DNA of 64,000 nt, taken from positions 3,011 through 67,010 of the forward strand of contig SVAH01000007.1 of NCBI GenBank assembly GCA_015059485.1, in the 5' to 3' direction. This DNA is from Bacillota bacterium (GTDB lineage Bacteria > Bacillota_I > Bacilli_A > RF39 > UBA660). The notes beneath the pieces are model-generated. The model was not told the origin of the DNA and searched no databases. It worked only from the letters and a program-made list of their open reading frames with translations. Within the stretch, counting starts at the first letter, position 1, and every line of letters starts with the position of its first letter. A program made the translations under genes and the position numbers. Positions 46,178 through 55,904 of the stretch are shown piece by piece.

Positions 46178-47485
46178 ATGTTTGAATATATGGGAGATAG
46201 AATATCAAATGCTATAAAAAATATAAAAGGAATGGGACGTATTACTGAAGATAATATATCTGATGCAATGCGTGAAATTCGTATGGCTTTACTTGAAGCA
46301 GATGTTAACTATCAAGTTGTAAAAGAATTTGTTAATAATGTAAAAGAAAAAGCTTTAGGCGAAGATGTAGCTAAGAGTTTAAAACCAGACGAATTATTCA
46401 TAAAAATAGTTAAAGATGAATTAGTAGATCTTCTTGGGAAAGATTATGTTGCACTTGAGACAAGTAAGAATCCAACTATAATTATGTTAGTCGGTTTACA
46501 AGGTAGTGGTAAAACTACAACTTGTGGTAAGCTTGCTAATTTACTTAGAAAAAAGCATTCTAAGAAACCTCTTTTGGTAGCTTGTGATATATATAGGCCA
46601 GCTGCTATAGAGCAATTGCAGACAATTGGAAAATCATTAGATATTCCAGTATATACAGAAGGTAAAAAGGAAGTAACTACTATTGTTAAAAATGCACTAG
46701 AATATGCAAAAGAAAATAAAAATGATTATATAATAATAGATACTGCTGGTAGACTTCATATTGATGAAGATTTAATGAATGAGCTAAAAGATGTAAACGA
46801 ACTTGCACATCCTCATGAAGTGATACTTGTGCTTGATGCTATGATGGGTCAGGATGCTATAAATGTAATAACTGGCTTTAATGAAAACTTACCACTTACT
46901 GGTTGTATATTAACTAAACTAGATGGCGATACAAAAGGTGGAGTAGCCTTATCAGTAAGACATCTAACTAATGTGCCAATTAAATTTGTTGGTAATTCTG
47001 AAAAATTAGATGGACTATCTGAATTCTATCCAGAAAGAATGGCTGAAAGAATATTAGATATGGGAGATATAATGTCAATAGCTGAAAAAGTTGAGGGCAT
47101 TATTGATGAAGATGAAGCTAAAAAACAAGCAGCAAAAATGAAGAAAGGAAATTATGATTTAGAAGATTTCCTTGCTAATTTAAAACAAATAAAGAAGCTT
47201 GGACCACTTGAAAACATTTTGAAAATGTTACCTCAGGCAAGAAAAATGGGACTTAACAATGTAAGTATTGATCCTAAACAAATGGCACATATTGAAGCAA
47301 TAATATTATCAATGACGCCATATGAGAGAAAACATCCAGAAGTACTTAAAGCAACAAGAAAACAAAGAATTGCTAAAGGTAGTGGAAGAAGTGTAGAAGA
47401 AGTAAATAGATTGCTTAAACAATTTGAAGATATGAAAAAAATGATGAAAGGTTTATCAAATGGTAATTTTAAAATGCCATTTTAA
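46178..47485 (+). CDS. ffh: Signal recognition particle protein Ffh
   Basis: GLQGSGKTTTCGKL, DTAGRL, TKLDGD; Met-rich M domain. Confidence 0.95.
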   Translation: MFEYMGDRISNAIKNIKGMGRITEDNISDAMREIRMALLEADVNYQVVKEFVNNVKEKALGEDVAKSLKPDELFIKIVKDELVDLLGKDYVALETSKNPTIIMLVGLQGSGKTTTCGKLANLLRKKHSKKPLLVACDIYRPAAIEQLQTIGKSLDIPVYTEGKKEVTTIVKNALEYAKENKNDYIIIDTAGRLHIDEDLMNELKDVNELAHPHEVILVLDAMMGQDAINVITGFNENLPLTGCILTKLDGDTKGGVALSVRHLTNVPIKFVGNSEKLDGLSEFYPERMAERILDMGDIMSIAEKVEGIIDEDEAKKQAAKMKKGNYDLEDFLANLKQIKKLGPLENILKMLPQARKMGLNNVSIDPKQMAHIEAIILSMTPYERKHPEVLKATRKQRIAKGSGRSVEEVNRLLKQFEDMKKMMKGLSNGNFKMPF

Positions 47486-47512
47486 GTAAGATATAAAGGG
47501 AGGGTTTATTAA

Positions 47513-48658
47513 ATGAATATAACAACTAATATTTTAGACATAATAAAAAGTAATAAAAAAATAGAACAAATAATTGAAATTGAAAAAAGATTAGACAAAA
47601 TAAAATGTGAAATAAAAGAGGCTAAAAATAGTAGTGAAATAATGCATTTAAAAAAACTATTGGATACAGAGATGCAATTAAAAATTGATCAAACAAAATT
47701 AAAGGATATCTTAAATAAAGAAGAATTAGAATTATATAAAAATATTATGATATATTTAGAATATAATAATTATGCAGATGAAATTAGAAAAATAGAAAAA
47801 ATTTCTAAAAAATCTAGTTACTTAGATAGTACAGTTAATTCAGAAGGAAGAAAAAAAGAAATAGATAGAAATTTAGTAACTTATTATAATTCATGCGTTT
47901 CTAAGAAAAATGAAATAAGTAAAGAGTATATGAGAGCATTTAATATATTACAATCATATAAATTAACTGATGATATTTCACAAGAAAAAGAAATTAAAAA
48001 ATCTGAAGAAGTAGTACCAGTAATTACAATTAATGAATCAAAACAAGAAATAAAAGAAGATTCTAGTAAAATTGAAAAAGCATATAAAAGAAAAATGAAA
48101 AAGTTTCTTACAGGCCTTGCACTTGGAGTTGCAGCTTATGTATCATTATTTTCTTTTGGCAATTCTAAAAACACTCAAACGAAAGAAGATGCTAGAATAG
48201 AAAAAGAAACTACATTTGAAACTAATGATATAGAAGATACAGTTAATGTAACTTCAAATCAAATTAAAGATGATAAAAATGCTGAAAAAAGAGTTATAAC
48301 TCATGAATTTGTAGATAAAATTAGTAGTGTAAAAACAGAAGGTGAAAGTGAAAGTTTAACTATTGGAGATAGTTTTACAGTTTCTAATGATTCTAAAATA
48401 ATGGTAGATGAATATGAAGCAACTTATTATGAAAATGGAAAAACTCCATATTATAATAGTGATGAATATAGGGTAGTTGAAGCAGTAGTATATGAAATGC
48501 CTGATGGTAAAATAGTTGTAGCAAGAAATAAAGATGAAATTGATTATTGTGAATGTGTTAATGGTAAAAATGTTACAGCATATTTATCATCATCACAATA
48601 TGGAATTGAAGGTTTTTATAACTCACAAGATGTAATTGCAAGAAAAAGGATAAAATAA
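47513..48658 (+). CDS. Hypothetical coiled-coil / single-TM protein
   Basis: ORF with SD. Central TM FLTGLALGVAAYVSLFSF. Confidence 0.3.
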   Translation: MNITTNILDIIKSNKKIEQIIEIEKRLDKIKCEIKEAKNSSEIMHLKKLLDTEMQLKIDQTKLKDILNKEELELYKNIMIYLEYNNYADEIRKIEKISKKSSYLDSTVNSEGRKKEIDRNLVTYYNSCVSKKNEISKEYMRAFNILQSYKLTDDISQEKEIKKSEEVVPVITINESKQEIKEDSSKIEKAYKRKMKKFLTGLALGVAAYVSLFSFGNSKNTQTKEDARIEKETTFETNDIEDTVNVTSNQIKDDKNAEKRVITHEFVDKISSVKTEGESESLTIGDSFTVSNDSKIMVDEYEATYYENGKTPYYNSDEYRVVEAVVYEMPDGKIVVARNKDEIDYCECVNGKNVTAYLSSSQYGIEGFYNSQDVIARKRIK

Positions 48659-49137
48659 TGGAATCATATTTAAATGGGATTAGAGTTATTATAATTACCG
48701 ATAATAATTTGGATAGCTTTGAAAAAAGAGACAATGTATATATTGATAAAACTCTTGGGATTGTTATGTATAACTATAGTTTTGGCATGCACCAGGATTG
48801 TATAAATGACTTTATTAGTCATTTCGGTAAAGATTATATTTGTGCAGAAAATTTAGCTGATATAGGAAATGTTGTTTTTCAAGTAGCTAAAGCAGGCGAT
48901 AAATTTATGCTATTAAATCATTTACCTAAAAGTATGTCTAATAGACAATTGAATGGATATTTGGAAATAATTAATAAAGTAAAAGATGAAGATTTGTTTT
49001 TAGTTAGAGTAAAAAGAGCATATGATAACAATTTTTCGTTTACTTTTAAAGAAAACTTTAATGAAAATTTATATTGTGATGTAGTATGTGAATATTTAGA
49101 ATTACAACAAAAAGAACAAGGTACAGGCAGAAAATAA
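48658..49137 (+). CDS. Hypothetical protein
   Basis: Start overlaps the upstream stop (TAATG). Confidence 0.3.
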   Translation: MESYLNGIRVIIITDNNLDSFEKRDNVYIDKTLGIVMYNYSFGMHQDCINDFISHFGKDYICAENLADIGNVVFQVAKAGDKFMLLNHLPKSMSNRQLNGYLEIINKVKDEDLFLVRVKRAYDNNFSFTFKENFNENLYCDVVCEYLELQQKEQGTGRK

Positions 49138-49203
49138 ACAAAATACCCATACATAATTAATAATAAAACATAAAATACACTAAGAAAGGAAAGTGTATTT
49201 TTT

Positions 49204-49533
49204 ATGTTTGAAAATAAAAGATGTTATGATAAAGAATATATGAAAGAAAACTATCCAGAGGCAGTAGAAACAAATTACAGTCAAATGGATTATCAAATGG
49301 GAATGGGACAAATGATGTGCCCTAAAGTAGATTGTACTAATATGTGCCCTCCAGTTATGGAATGTCCTAAAGAAAGATGTTGCCATAGATACATATGTTA
49401 TGAAGTACCACATATAGTACCTTGTAATACTAGAATAATAAATCATCATATATATCGTCATAATTATATACCTCAATATACATCATGTGAAGAAAACGAA
49501 TATTCTAATGTTTATGGCCCAAAATGTTGCTAA
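49204..49533 (+). CDS. Cys/His-rich CotD-like spore coat protein
   Basis: Composition and the HHIYRHNYIPQYT pattern. Weak call. Confidence 0.35.
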   Translation: MFENKRCYDKEYMKENYPEAVETNYSQMDYQMGMGQMMCPKVDCTNMCPPVMECPKERCCHRYICYEVPHIVPCNTRIINHHIYRHNYIPQYTSCEENEYSNVYGPKCC

Positions 49534-49602
49534 AAAAAATAGTTGAATTAAATCAGCTATTTTTTTATCTACCAAATTATAAAAAAAGTTATGAAAAGTA
49601 AA

Positions 49603-49764
49603 TTAAATACCTAATGTTTTTGCTTCTCTTGCAGAAGTTATAACTTTTTGTCCGTTAATAGTCTTCTTTTGTAAATTAGGTTTTTGCTTAGTCTTAGTAC
49701 ATCTATGAGAATGTGAAACCTTATTTCCAACTAAAGGTTTTTTCTTTGTAATTTTTGTAGCCAT
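49603..49764 (-). CDS. rpmB: 50S ribosomal protein L28 (absent from the ORF track)
   Basis: Minus-strand translation MATKITKKKPLVGNKVSHSHRCTKTKQKPNLQKKTINGQKVITSAREAKTLGI. SD GATGAGGTGA upstream. GN.VSHS and NLQKK motifs typical of L28. Confidence 0.8.
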   Translation of the reverse strand: MATKITKKKPLVGNKVSHSHRCTKTKQKPNLQKKTINGQKVITSAREAKTLGI

Positions 49765-49921
49765 TTTAGTCACCTCATCTTTCGCTTTCCCTTAAAATTT
49801 TACTATAAAATGATTGTAAAGTCAAATAGTTTATGTCAAACGATTAAAAAAATTATAAACTCCACTTTACAAAGTACTTCGGGTAGGGTATAATAAGAAC
49901 AGAATAGAGGAGTGTCTTAAT

Positions 49922-51265
49922 ATGAAATTAGAAAGATTTAAAGTAAAACAAGATAGACCTAGTATAAAAATATTATTAATATCATTTTCTATTATCTTAT
50001 TATTTGTGTTTATATTTTTATTAAATAAATCACATGCACTATATAAAGTATCAGAATCACATGATGTAATAAAAGCAAGAGTAGGAAACTTTATATATAA
50101 TATAAATTATGATTTAGATGGAGGATCTCTACCAGATGGAGTAGAAAATCCATCAAGTTATTCAAGTGTAGAAGAAACAACTATAGCTAATCCAGTAAAA
50201 GAAGGATATACATTTAAAGGCTGGGAAGGTTTTAGTAGGAATTTATTTAATCCAGAAAATGCAGAAGAGGGTTTTATAGATGATGTAACAGGCAATCTTT
50301 TAAATCATGAAAATACTATATCAGCTAACAGTGGTTTTATAGAAATTAAATCTAGTGCACCATATACAATTCAGCCAAGATTGTCTTCTGGGAATTGGGG
50401 AGCATTTTATGATACAAATAAAACGTTTGTAAGTGGTTTTACATATTATGGAAGTTAAACTATAGTTTCACCAGCTAATGCTAAATATATAAGATTTACT
50501 ATAAGTTATTCTAATAGTAATCCAGATTGGAGTACAACAACTCAATTAGAAGAAGGAGATACTGCTACAGAATGGGAACCACATTTAAAAAAAGATATAA
50601 TAATACCTAAATTTACAAGAGGAGATATATCTTTAAAAGCTATATGGGAGCCAAATACATATACAGTAACATTTGATGCAAATGGAGGAACTGTAGATAC
50701 TGCAAGTAAAGAAGTTAAATATGGACAAGCTTATGATAATCTACCAACACCAGTAAGAGATGGATATACTTTTAAGGGATGGAATGGTAAGAATATGTTT
50801 AATGAAGAAGAAATATTAATGACTATTGAAGGAGCAACTAAAGAAAATGGGGATTATAAATTTAGTGTTGGCTCAGCTCATAGTAAATATTATAATGGTA
50901 TACCACAATTGTCTTTTAAAGAAAATACTTCGTATACGTTGAAGATAAATGGACATGTAGATGAGTTTTCAACTCCTGGAAGAAGACTTTTATTTGTTAT
51001 AAATTATTCAGATAATACTCATGATGATGTGGCTCTTAATTATACATCAGATATAGTTATTACCTATACAACACCAGCAAACAAAACTATTTCTAATATA
51101 ATAATGTCGTATGGTACAGGTTCAGGTGTTAATGCTTATATAAAAAAGGTTCAACTTGAAGAAGGAGATACTGCAACAGAATATGAACCATATTATATAA
51201 CAAATGATACAAAGGTAGTAAGACATGAAGATCATACTTTAAAAGCAATATGGGAAGAAGAATAA
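49922..51265 (+). pseudogene. Surface protein with two flg_new repeats and two LEEGDTATE(W/Y)EP modules, interrupted by one in-frame TAA
   Basis: ORFs 49922..50458 and 50795..51265 share a frame. No other stop lies between 50459 and 50794. The domain repeat spans the stop. Confidence 0.55.
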
Positions 51266-51286
51266 GGCTTAAATAAGCCTTTTTTA
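51264..51286 (+). terminator. Rho-independent terminator
   Basis: AAGGCTTAAATAAGCCTT followed by a T-run. Confidence 0.65.
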
Positions 51287-51327
51287 TGTTATAAAAGTTC
51301 TAGTTTTGGCTATATTTGTCGAAAGCA

Positions 51328-51355
51328 TTGAAAATAAAAAAAGAATCTCTATAAT
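51328..51355 (+). promoter_or_regulatory. Promoter of the candidate toxin mRNA
   Basis: TTGAAA, 16-nt spacer, TATAAT. Confidence 0.45.
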
Positions 51356-51457
51356 AGAGACTTTGAGAAGCGGAGTTTCTGATGTTTACCTCTCTAGTCA
51401 GGGCGAATTATTCAGGCGGTTTTGGTTTAATTGAGGACTGAAGGAGAGGAAGTAATT

Positions 51458-51538
51458 ATGAAGAAAGACACAAGAGAAACAGCACTTTATATTATAATTT
51501 TTATTTTATTGCTTATTATCATAAAGATTTTAGGTTAA
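51458..51538 (+). CDS. 26-aa hydrophobic peptide, candidate type I toxin
   Basis: SD GGAGAGGAAG. MKKDTRETALYIIIFILLLIIIKILG. Preceded by a ~95-nt 5' UTR. Confidence 0.4.
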   Translation: MKKDTRETALYIIIFILLLIIIKILG

Positions 51539-51540
51539 TA

Positions 51541-51626
51541 AAATAAAAGCATCTTATTCAAAGTGAATAAAGATGCAACCACCATAGTGGTAAGCATCTA
51601 GCCCGAAGGATATCTGCTTCTCACTT
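51541..51626 (-). ncRNA. Candidate antisense antitoxin RNA (convergent, overlapping the toxin 3' region)
   Basis: Minus-strand TTGTAA (51656..51661), 17-nt spacer, TATTAT (51633..51638). UUCG-capped imperfect stem. Terminator GCATCTT..AAGATGC + UUUUAUUUU. Confidence 0.3.
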
Positions 51627-51670
51627 AAATAAATAATAACATAGTTTAATATAAATTACAATCTGTAAAA

Positions 51671-51782
51671 TATTATAAAATCTCTTGACAATGTACTTCG
51701 GATGGGGGGTACAACAAGAACATAATCACATGATGTAATAAAAGCAAGAGTAGGAAACTTTATATATAATATAAATTATGAT
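51671..51782 (+). repeat. Partial duplicate of 49851..50113 with an internal ~150-bp deletion
   Basis: 51671..51723 matches the promoter region 49851..49903. 51724..51782 is near-identical to 50055..50113 (AATCACATGATGTAATAAAAGCAAGAGTAGGAAACTTTATATATAATATAAATTATGAT). Confidence 0.75.
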
Positions 51783-51814
51783 AATAAAGTAAAAAAACAT
51801 CTTCTGATGTTTTT

Positions 51815-53302
51815 TTATATTAAATCTAAAGTTTCTACTTCTTGTTGAGGTATTTCTTTAGCAAATTCAGTAGGTGTTTGAGGTATTGTACTTTCAATAG
51901 TTTTAGGTTGTTCTACTACAGATTGTGTAGTAGGTGTATTAATTATTGGCACGGTTGTAGCTATATTAGGTTGTATTGTAGGTTCTGTATTATTGGAAAC
52001 TGTCATAGTATTTTCAACTGGTGTAGAAGTTTCTAATATTTCATCACTAGGAGGAGTATCTTTACCCATAATAGCATCTTTAATATCTTGATCATCATCA
52101 CCAAAGTCTGAATCAACTTCAATAACTCTAAGTACTTCGTCAATAGAAGTTAAACCATTTAATACTTTATCAAGTCCATCTTGTAATAATGAAACAGTAT
52201 GTTCTTTTTTATATATTATTTCTCTTAATTTATCTTTTCTTAAATTACTTAATATTGCATCTCTAATTTCTTGATTAACTTGTAATACTTCTTGTATTGC
52301 AATTCTACCTTTATATCCTTTATAACATTCATCACAACCAACTGGTGCATATATTTCATCAACATCAAGTCCCATAGCTTTTTTAAATATCTTCTTTTCA
52401 TAATCAGTTGTAGCTCTTGATGTTCTACATTTAGGACAAAGTTTTTTAGTAAGTCTTTGTGATACGATACCAACTAGTGCAGAACCAAGTAAATATCTTT
52501 CAACGTCCATATCAAGTAAACGTTCAATAGTATTAAGAGAATTATTAGTATGTATTGTAGATAAAACTAAATGCCCAGTTATGGCTGCACGAATAGCAAT
52601 ACGAGCTGTTTCATCATCACGAATTTCACCAATCATTATTGTATCAGGGTCCTGACGAAGAATACTTCTAAGTGCAGTGGCAAATGTAAGTCCAATTTCT
52701 GATTGTGCTTGAACTTGATTAATACCTTCAATTTTCATTTCTACTGGATCTTCTACGGTAATAATGTTTCTTTCTTTAGTATTAAGTTTATCTAAAATAC
52801 CATATACAGTAGTAGATTTACCAGTACCAGTAGCACCAGTTACAAGGATTATCCCATTAGGGTTAGCTATAACTTTTTTTAATTTTTCTAAACTTACTTC
52901 TGAAAAGCCTAAAGTTTCAAGACCTTCCATGCTTTTAGCATAGTCTAAGATACGAATAACTACTTTTTCACCATAAACAGTTGGTAGAGTAGATACACGA
53001 AGATCTAAATTTCTATCTTCAATAGTTGTTTTAATAGCACCGTCTTGAGGAAGTCTTGATTCAGTAATATTCATACCTGCTAAGATTTTAATTTTTGTTA
53101 CAACATGATTTTTAATACCTAAAGGGAGCATAGTATAATCGACTAGCTCACCATCTATTCTAATTCTTATAATAACATTTTCTGCTCTAGGGTCACAGTG
53201 AATATCAGATGCACCTCTTTTTACGGCGTCAATAATGATTTCGTTAACAATATCAGCAACTGGCATGTTTTCATAATCAAAATCTCTTAGCATATGTATC
53301 AC
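51815..53302 (-). CDS. GspE/PilB-family secretion/pilus ATPase with Thr/Pro/Gln-rich C-terminal tail
   Basis: Walker A GATGTGKST, IMIGEIRD, His box GHLVLSTIHTN, CPKC..CDEC zinc site, and a ~95-aa low-complexity tail. Confidence 0.85.
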   Translation of the reverse strand: MIHMLRDFDYENMPVADIVNEIIIDAVKRGASDIHCDPRAENVIIRIRIDGELVDYTMLPLGIKNHVVTKIKILAGMNITESRLPQDGAIKTTIEDRNLDLRVSTLPTVYGEKVVIRILDYAKSMEGLETLGFSEVSLEKLKKVIANPNGIILVTGATGTGKSTTVYGILDKLNTKERNIITVEDPVEMKIEGINQVQAQSEIGLTFATALRSILRQDPDTIMIGEIRDDETARIAIRAAITGHLVLSTIHTNNSLNTIERLLDMDVERYLLGSALVGIVSQRLTKKLCPKCRTSRATTDYEKKIFKKAMGLDVDEIYAPVGCDECYKGYKGRIAIQEVLQVNQEIRDAILSNLRKDKLREIIYKKEHTVSLLQDGLDKVLNGLTSIDEVLRVIEVDSDFGDDDQDIKDAIMGKDTPPSDEILETSTPVENTMTVSNNTEPTIQPNIATTVPIINTPTTQSVVEQPKTIESTIPQTPTEFAKEIPQQEVETLDLI

Positions 53303-53427
53303 TTTCCCTTTATTCTATTTATAATTATACAATATAATATAATTTTTAACAATAATTATTTATTAATTGGCACATAATTTGACAAAAAAAATAAACTTAA
53401 TATATTAAAATTGTTTTAGGTGATAAT

Positions 53428-54390
53428 ATGAAAAAAAGATTTAAGACACATAGAAATAATTTTAATAAACTTATAATAAAAACTTTAATTTTTATTTGTA
53501 TAGTTTTATCAGTGGTAATTCTTTCTTTTAATATGTTATATAATAGCGTTACAAAAAAAATAACAGATATAGAAGTAATGAATATTTTATTAAATAATTC
53601 AAATATCAATTTTTCAAAAATTTTTCCTAATAATGGAATTGATTTTATTATTAATTATACTTTAGGAATAGATCTGAATAATAAAAAAGAAGTAAATGAT
53701 AATTCAAAAAAAGTAGTTAATAAAATTGATGATTTTTTAAAAGATGATATGGAAGAAAATGTATTAGAAAAACCATTGGTATATATATATAATACCCATC
53801 AAACGGAAGAATATAAGAAAATAAATATAAATGAATATAATGTAACTCCGACAGTGCTTCATGCATCTTTTATACTAAAGAATAAACTTGAAGAGTTAGG
53901 TATTAGTGCGATTGTTGAAAAAAATAGTATAAAAGAAATACTTAATATAAATGGATGGAATTATAGAAATTCTTATAAAGCATCAAAAATATTAGCTAAA
54001 GATGCTTTAGAAAAAAATCAAAGTATTAAATATGTTATTGATTTACATAGAGATTCGGTAAATGAGAATATTGCTAAAACAACAATTGATGGCAAAGATT
54101 ATGCTAAAATAATGATTGTTTTAGGAAAAGGACATGATGGATACGAAAATAATTTGAAAATGGCAACTAGAATAAATGATTATTTAAAAGAATTTAATGA
54201 ATCAATTACTAGAGGAATAGATATAAAACAAAATTCTGGTATATATAATCAAGATTTATCGCAAAATGCAGTACTAATAGAGATAGGAGGGCCATATAAT
54301 GATATTAATAGTGTGAAAAACTCGATAGAAATACTTGCCAAAGTTTATAAAAGGGTGATTGATGAAGATGAAAAAAAAGAACAAACCTAA
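53428..54390 (+). CDS. spoIIP: Stage II sporulation protein P
   Basis: N-terminal TM; VYIYNTHQTEEY, VIDLHRDS, LIEIGG motifs. Confidence 0.75.
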   Translation: MKKRFKTHRNNFNKLIIKTLIFICIVLSVVILSFNMLYNSVTKKITDIEVMNILLNNSNINFSKIFPNNGIDFIINYTLGIDLNNKKEVNDNSKKVVNKIDDFLKDDMEENVLEKPLVYIYNTHQTEEYKKININEYNVTPTVLHASFILKNKLEELGISAIVEKNSIKEILNINGWNYRNSYKASKILAKDALEKNQSIKYVIDLHRDSVNENIAKTTIDGKDYAKIMIVLGKGHDGYENNLKMATRINDYLKEFNESITRGIDIKQNSGIYNQDLSQNAVLIEIGGPYNDINSVKNSIEILAKVYKRVIDEDEKKEQT

Positions 54391-54697
54391 TCCATTTTTA
54401 AGAGTTTTAGGAATTTTATTTATAATATATATATCGTTATCAATTGCAAGTTTTAGTGGATATTATGAAAATAAAATAAATGAAGAAGTAACATTAACTG
54501 AAGAAAATATAAAAAAATTTGAACGAGATATAAAAGAAAATAAAGAAATAGATATTAATAATTATATAGTTTCAAAGAAAAAAGATTATCGAGGGTTTGC
54601 TAGTAATATGGGAGATAATTTTTCTGGTTTTGTTGAAAAATTATTAACTGAAGAACTTGGAAAAGTAGGAAATGTTATAAAAAAACTATTTTCATAA
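54362..54697 (+). CDS. Small membrane protein
   Basis: One TM helix; overlaps the spoIIP 3' end. Confidence 0.35.
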   Translation: MKMKKKNKPNPFLRVLGILFIIYISLSIASFSGYYENKINEEVTLTEENIKKFERDIKENKEIDINNYIVSKKKDYRGFASNMGDNFSGFVEKLLTEELGKVGNVIKKLFS

Positions 54698-54761
54698 AGT
54701 TTTATAAAATAAATAGTGAAAACTAGTCAATTTTTTGATACAATTTATATGGTGGTAATAT

Positions 54762-55904
54762 ATGAAATTAGTTACATTAAAAAAAGAGTATGATTTATTA
54801 CTTAAAGATACTATTACTGAGTATTTAAATCCTAATTTTGTATATCTTCCAATTAAAGAAGAGACAAAGCTTAAAATAGATCCAAAAGGTTATGTACATC
54901 GTGGTGAAGAATTATATGATTTACAATATAGTCCAATATCAGGTAAAATACTAGGAATTCGAGAATGTTATAGTACATTTGGATTTTCAAAATTTTTAGT
55001 AGTAGGAAACGATTTTAAAGAAAAAACTGTTAATAGATTAGGTGTTAGGAAAAATTTATCTAAAATAAGTAAAGTAGAATTATTTGAACTTTTAAAAATA
55101 TATGATGAAAAAATGTATAATGATTTTAATATGTCATTTAAAAAAATAATGATTAGTGGAATAGAGGAACAGCCTTATGTGGGTAATTTCATGTATATAA
55201 ACGTTAATTATACAAAAGAAATACTAGATATGATAGATTCACTAGGAGATATATTTGATATTAATGATATTAATTTCCTTATAAAAGATACAGATTATAA
55301 TAGTATTAATTCAATTAATGATATGATAGGAATGTATAATAATGTTAATGTTAAATTTTTACCAAATAAATATTTGATAAGTCATAAAGATATCCTAAGT
55401 AAATTTTTAAATATAAACGAAGAATTTTTGTATTTAAATGTAGAACAAATATATGATTTATATCAGTATTTAAAAAGAAGAAAGCCTAAAGAAGAAAAAT
55501 TTATTACCATTACTGGTAATGCAATTAATAATCCTCAAGTAATAAAATGTAAGGTAGGAGTAGTACTTAGCGATGTTATTAATGATTTAATTGAATTAAA
55601 TACTGATCAATTTGTAGTAGTAGAAAATAGTTTGTTAACAAATAAAGAATTAGATTATAAAAGATATATTATTACAAATGATTTAAGAGCAATATATATT
55701 ATGAAGAAAGAAAAAATAAAAGAAGAAGAATGTATAAGATGTGGCAAGTGTGATGAGATATGTCCGATGAAAATAAAAGTATCATCACTCGTTAATAATA
55801 GAAAATGTAGTAAGGATTTATGTATTCATTGTGGTCTTTGCAGTTATATATGTCCAAGCTATATAAAAATAAATAGATATTTAGATGGTGATAGTAATGA
55901 GTAA
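54762..55904 (+). CDS. RnfC-like protein (barrel-sandwich N-domain + 2x[4Fe-4S] motif)
   Basis: CIRCGKCDEICP and CIHCGLCSYICP. N-terminus resembles RnfC_N (VHRGEELY..SPISGKILGI). Confidence 0.5.
   Translation: MKLVTLKKEYDLLLKDTITEYLNPNFVYLPIKEETKLKIDPKGYVHRGEELYDLQYSPISGKILGIRECYSTFGFSKFLVVGNDFKEKTVNRLGVRKNLSKISKVELFELLKIYDEKMYNDFNMSFKKIMISGIEEQPYVGNFMYINVNYTKEILDMIDSLGDIFDINDINFLIKDTDYNSINSINDMIGMYNNVNVKFLPNKYLISHKDILSKFLNINEEFLYLNVEQIYDLYQYLKRRKPKEEKFITITGNAINNPQVIKCKVGVVLSDVINDLIELNTDQFVVVENSLLTNKELDYKRYIITNDLRAIYIMKKEKIKEEECIRCGKCDEICPMKIKVSSLVNNRKCSKDLCIHCGLCSYICPSYIKINRYLDGDSNE

Noticed and set aside
50456-50458. TAA reassignment or programmed readthrough as a general feature of this genome.
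   Set aside because: TAA terminates the majority of well-supported genes in the window, so recoding is not plausible. An isolated nonsense mutation or sequencing error is more likely.
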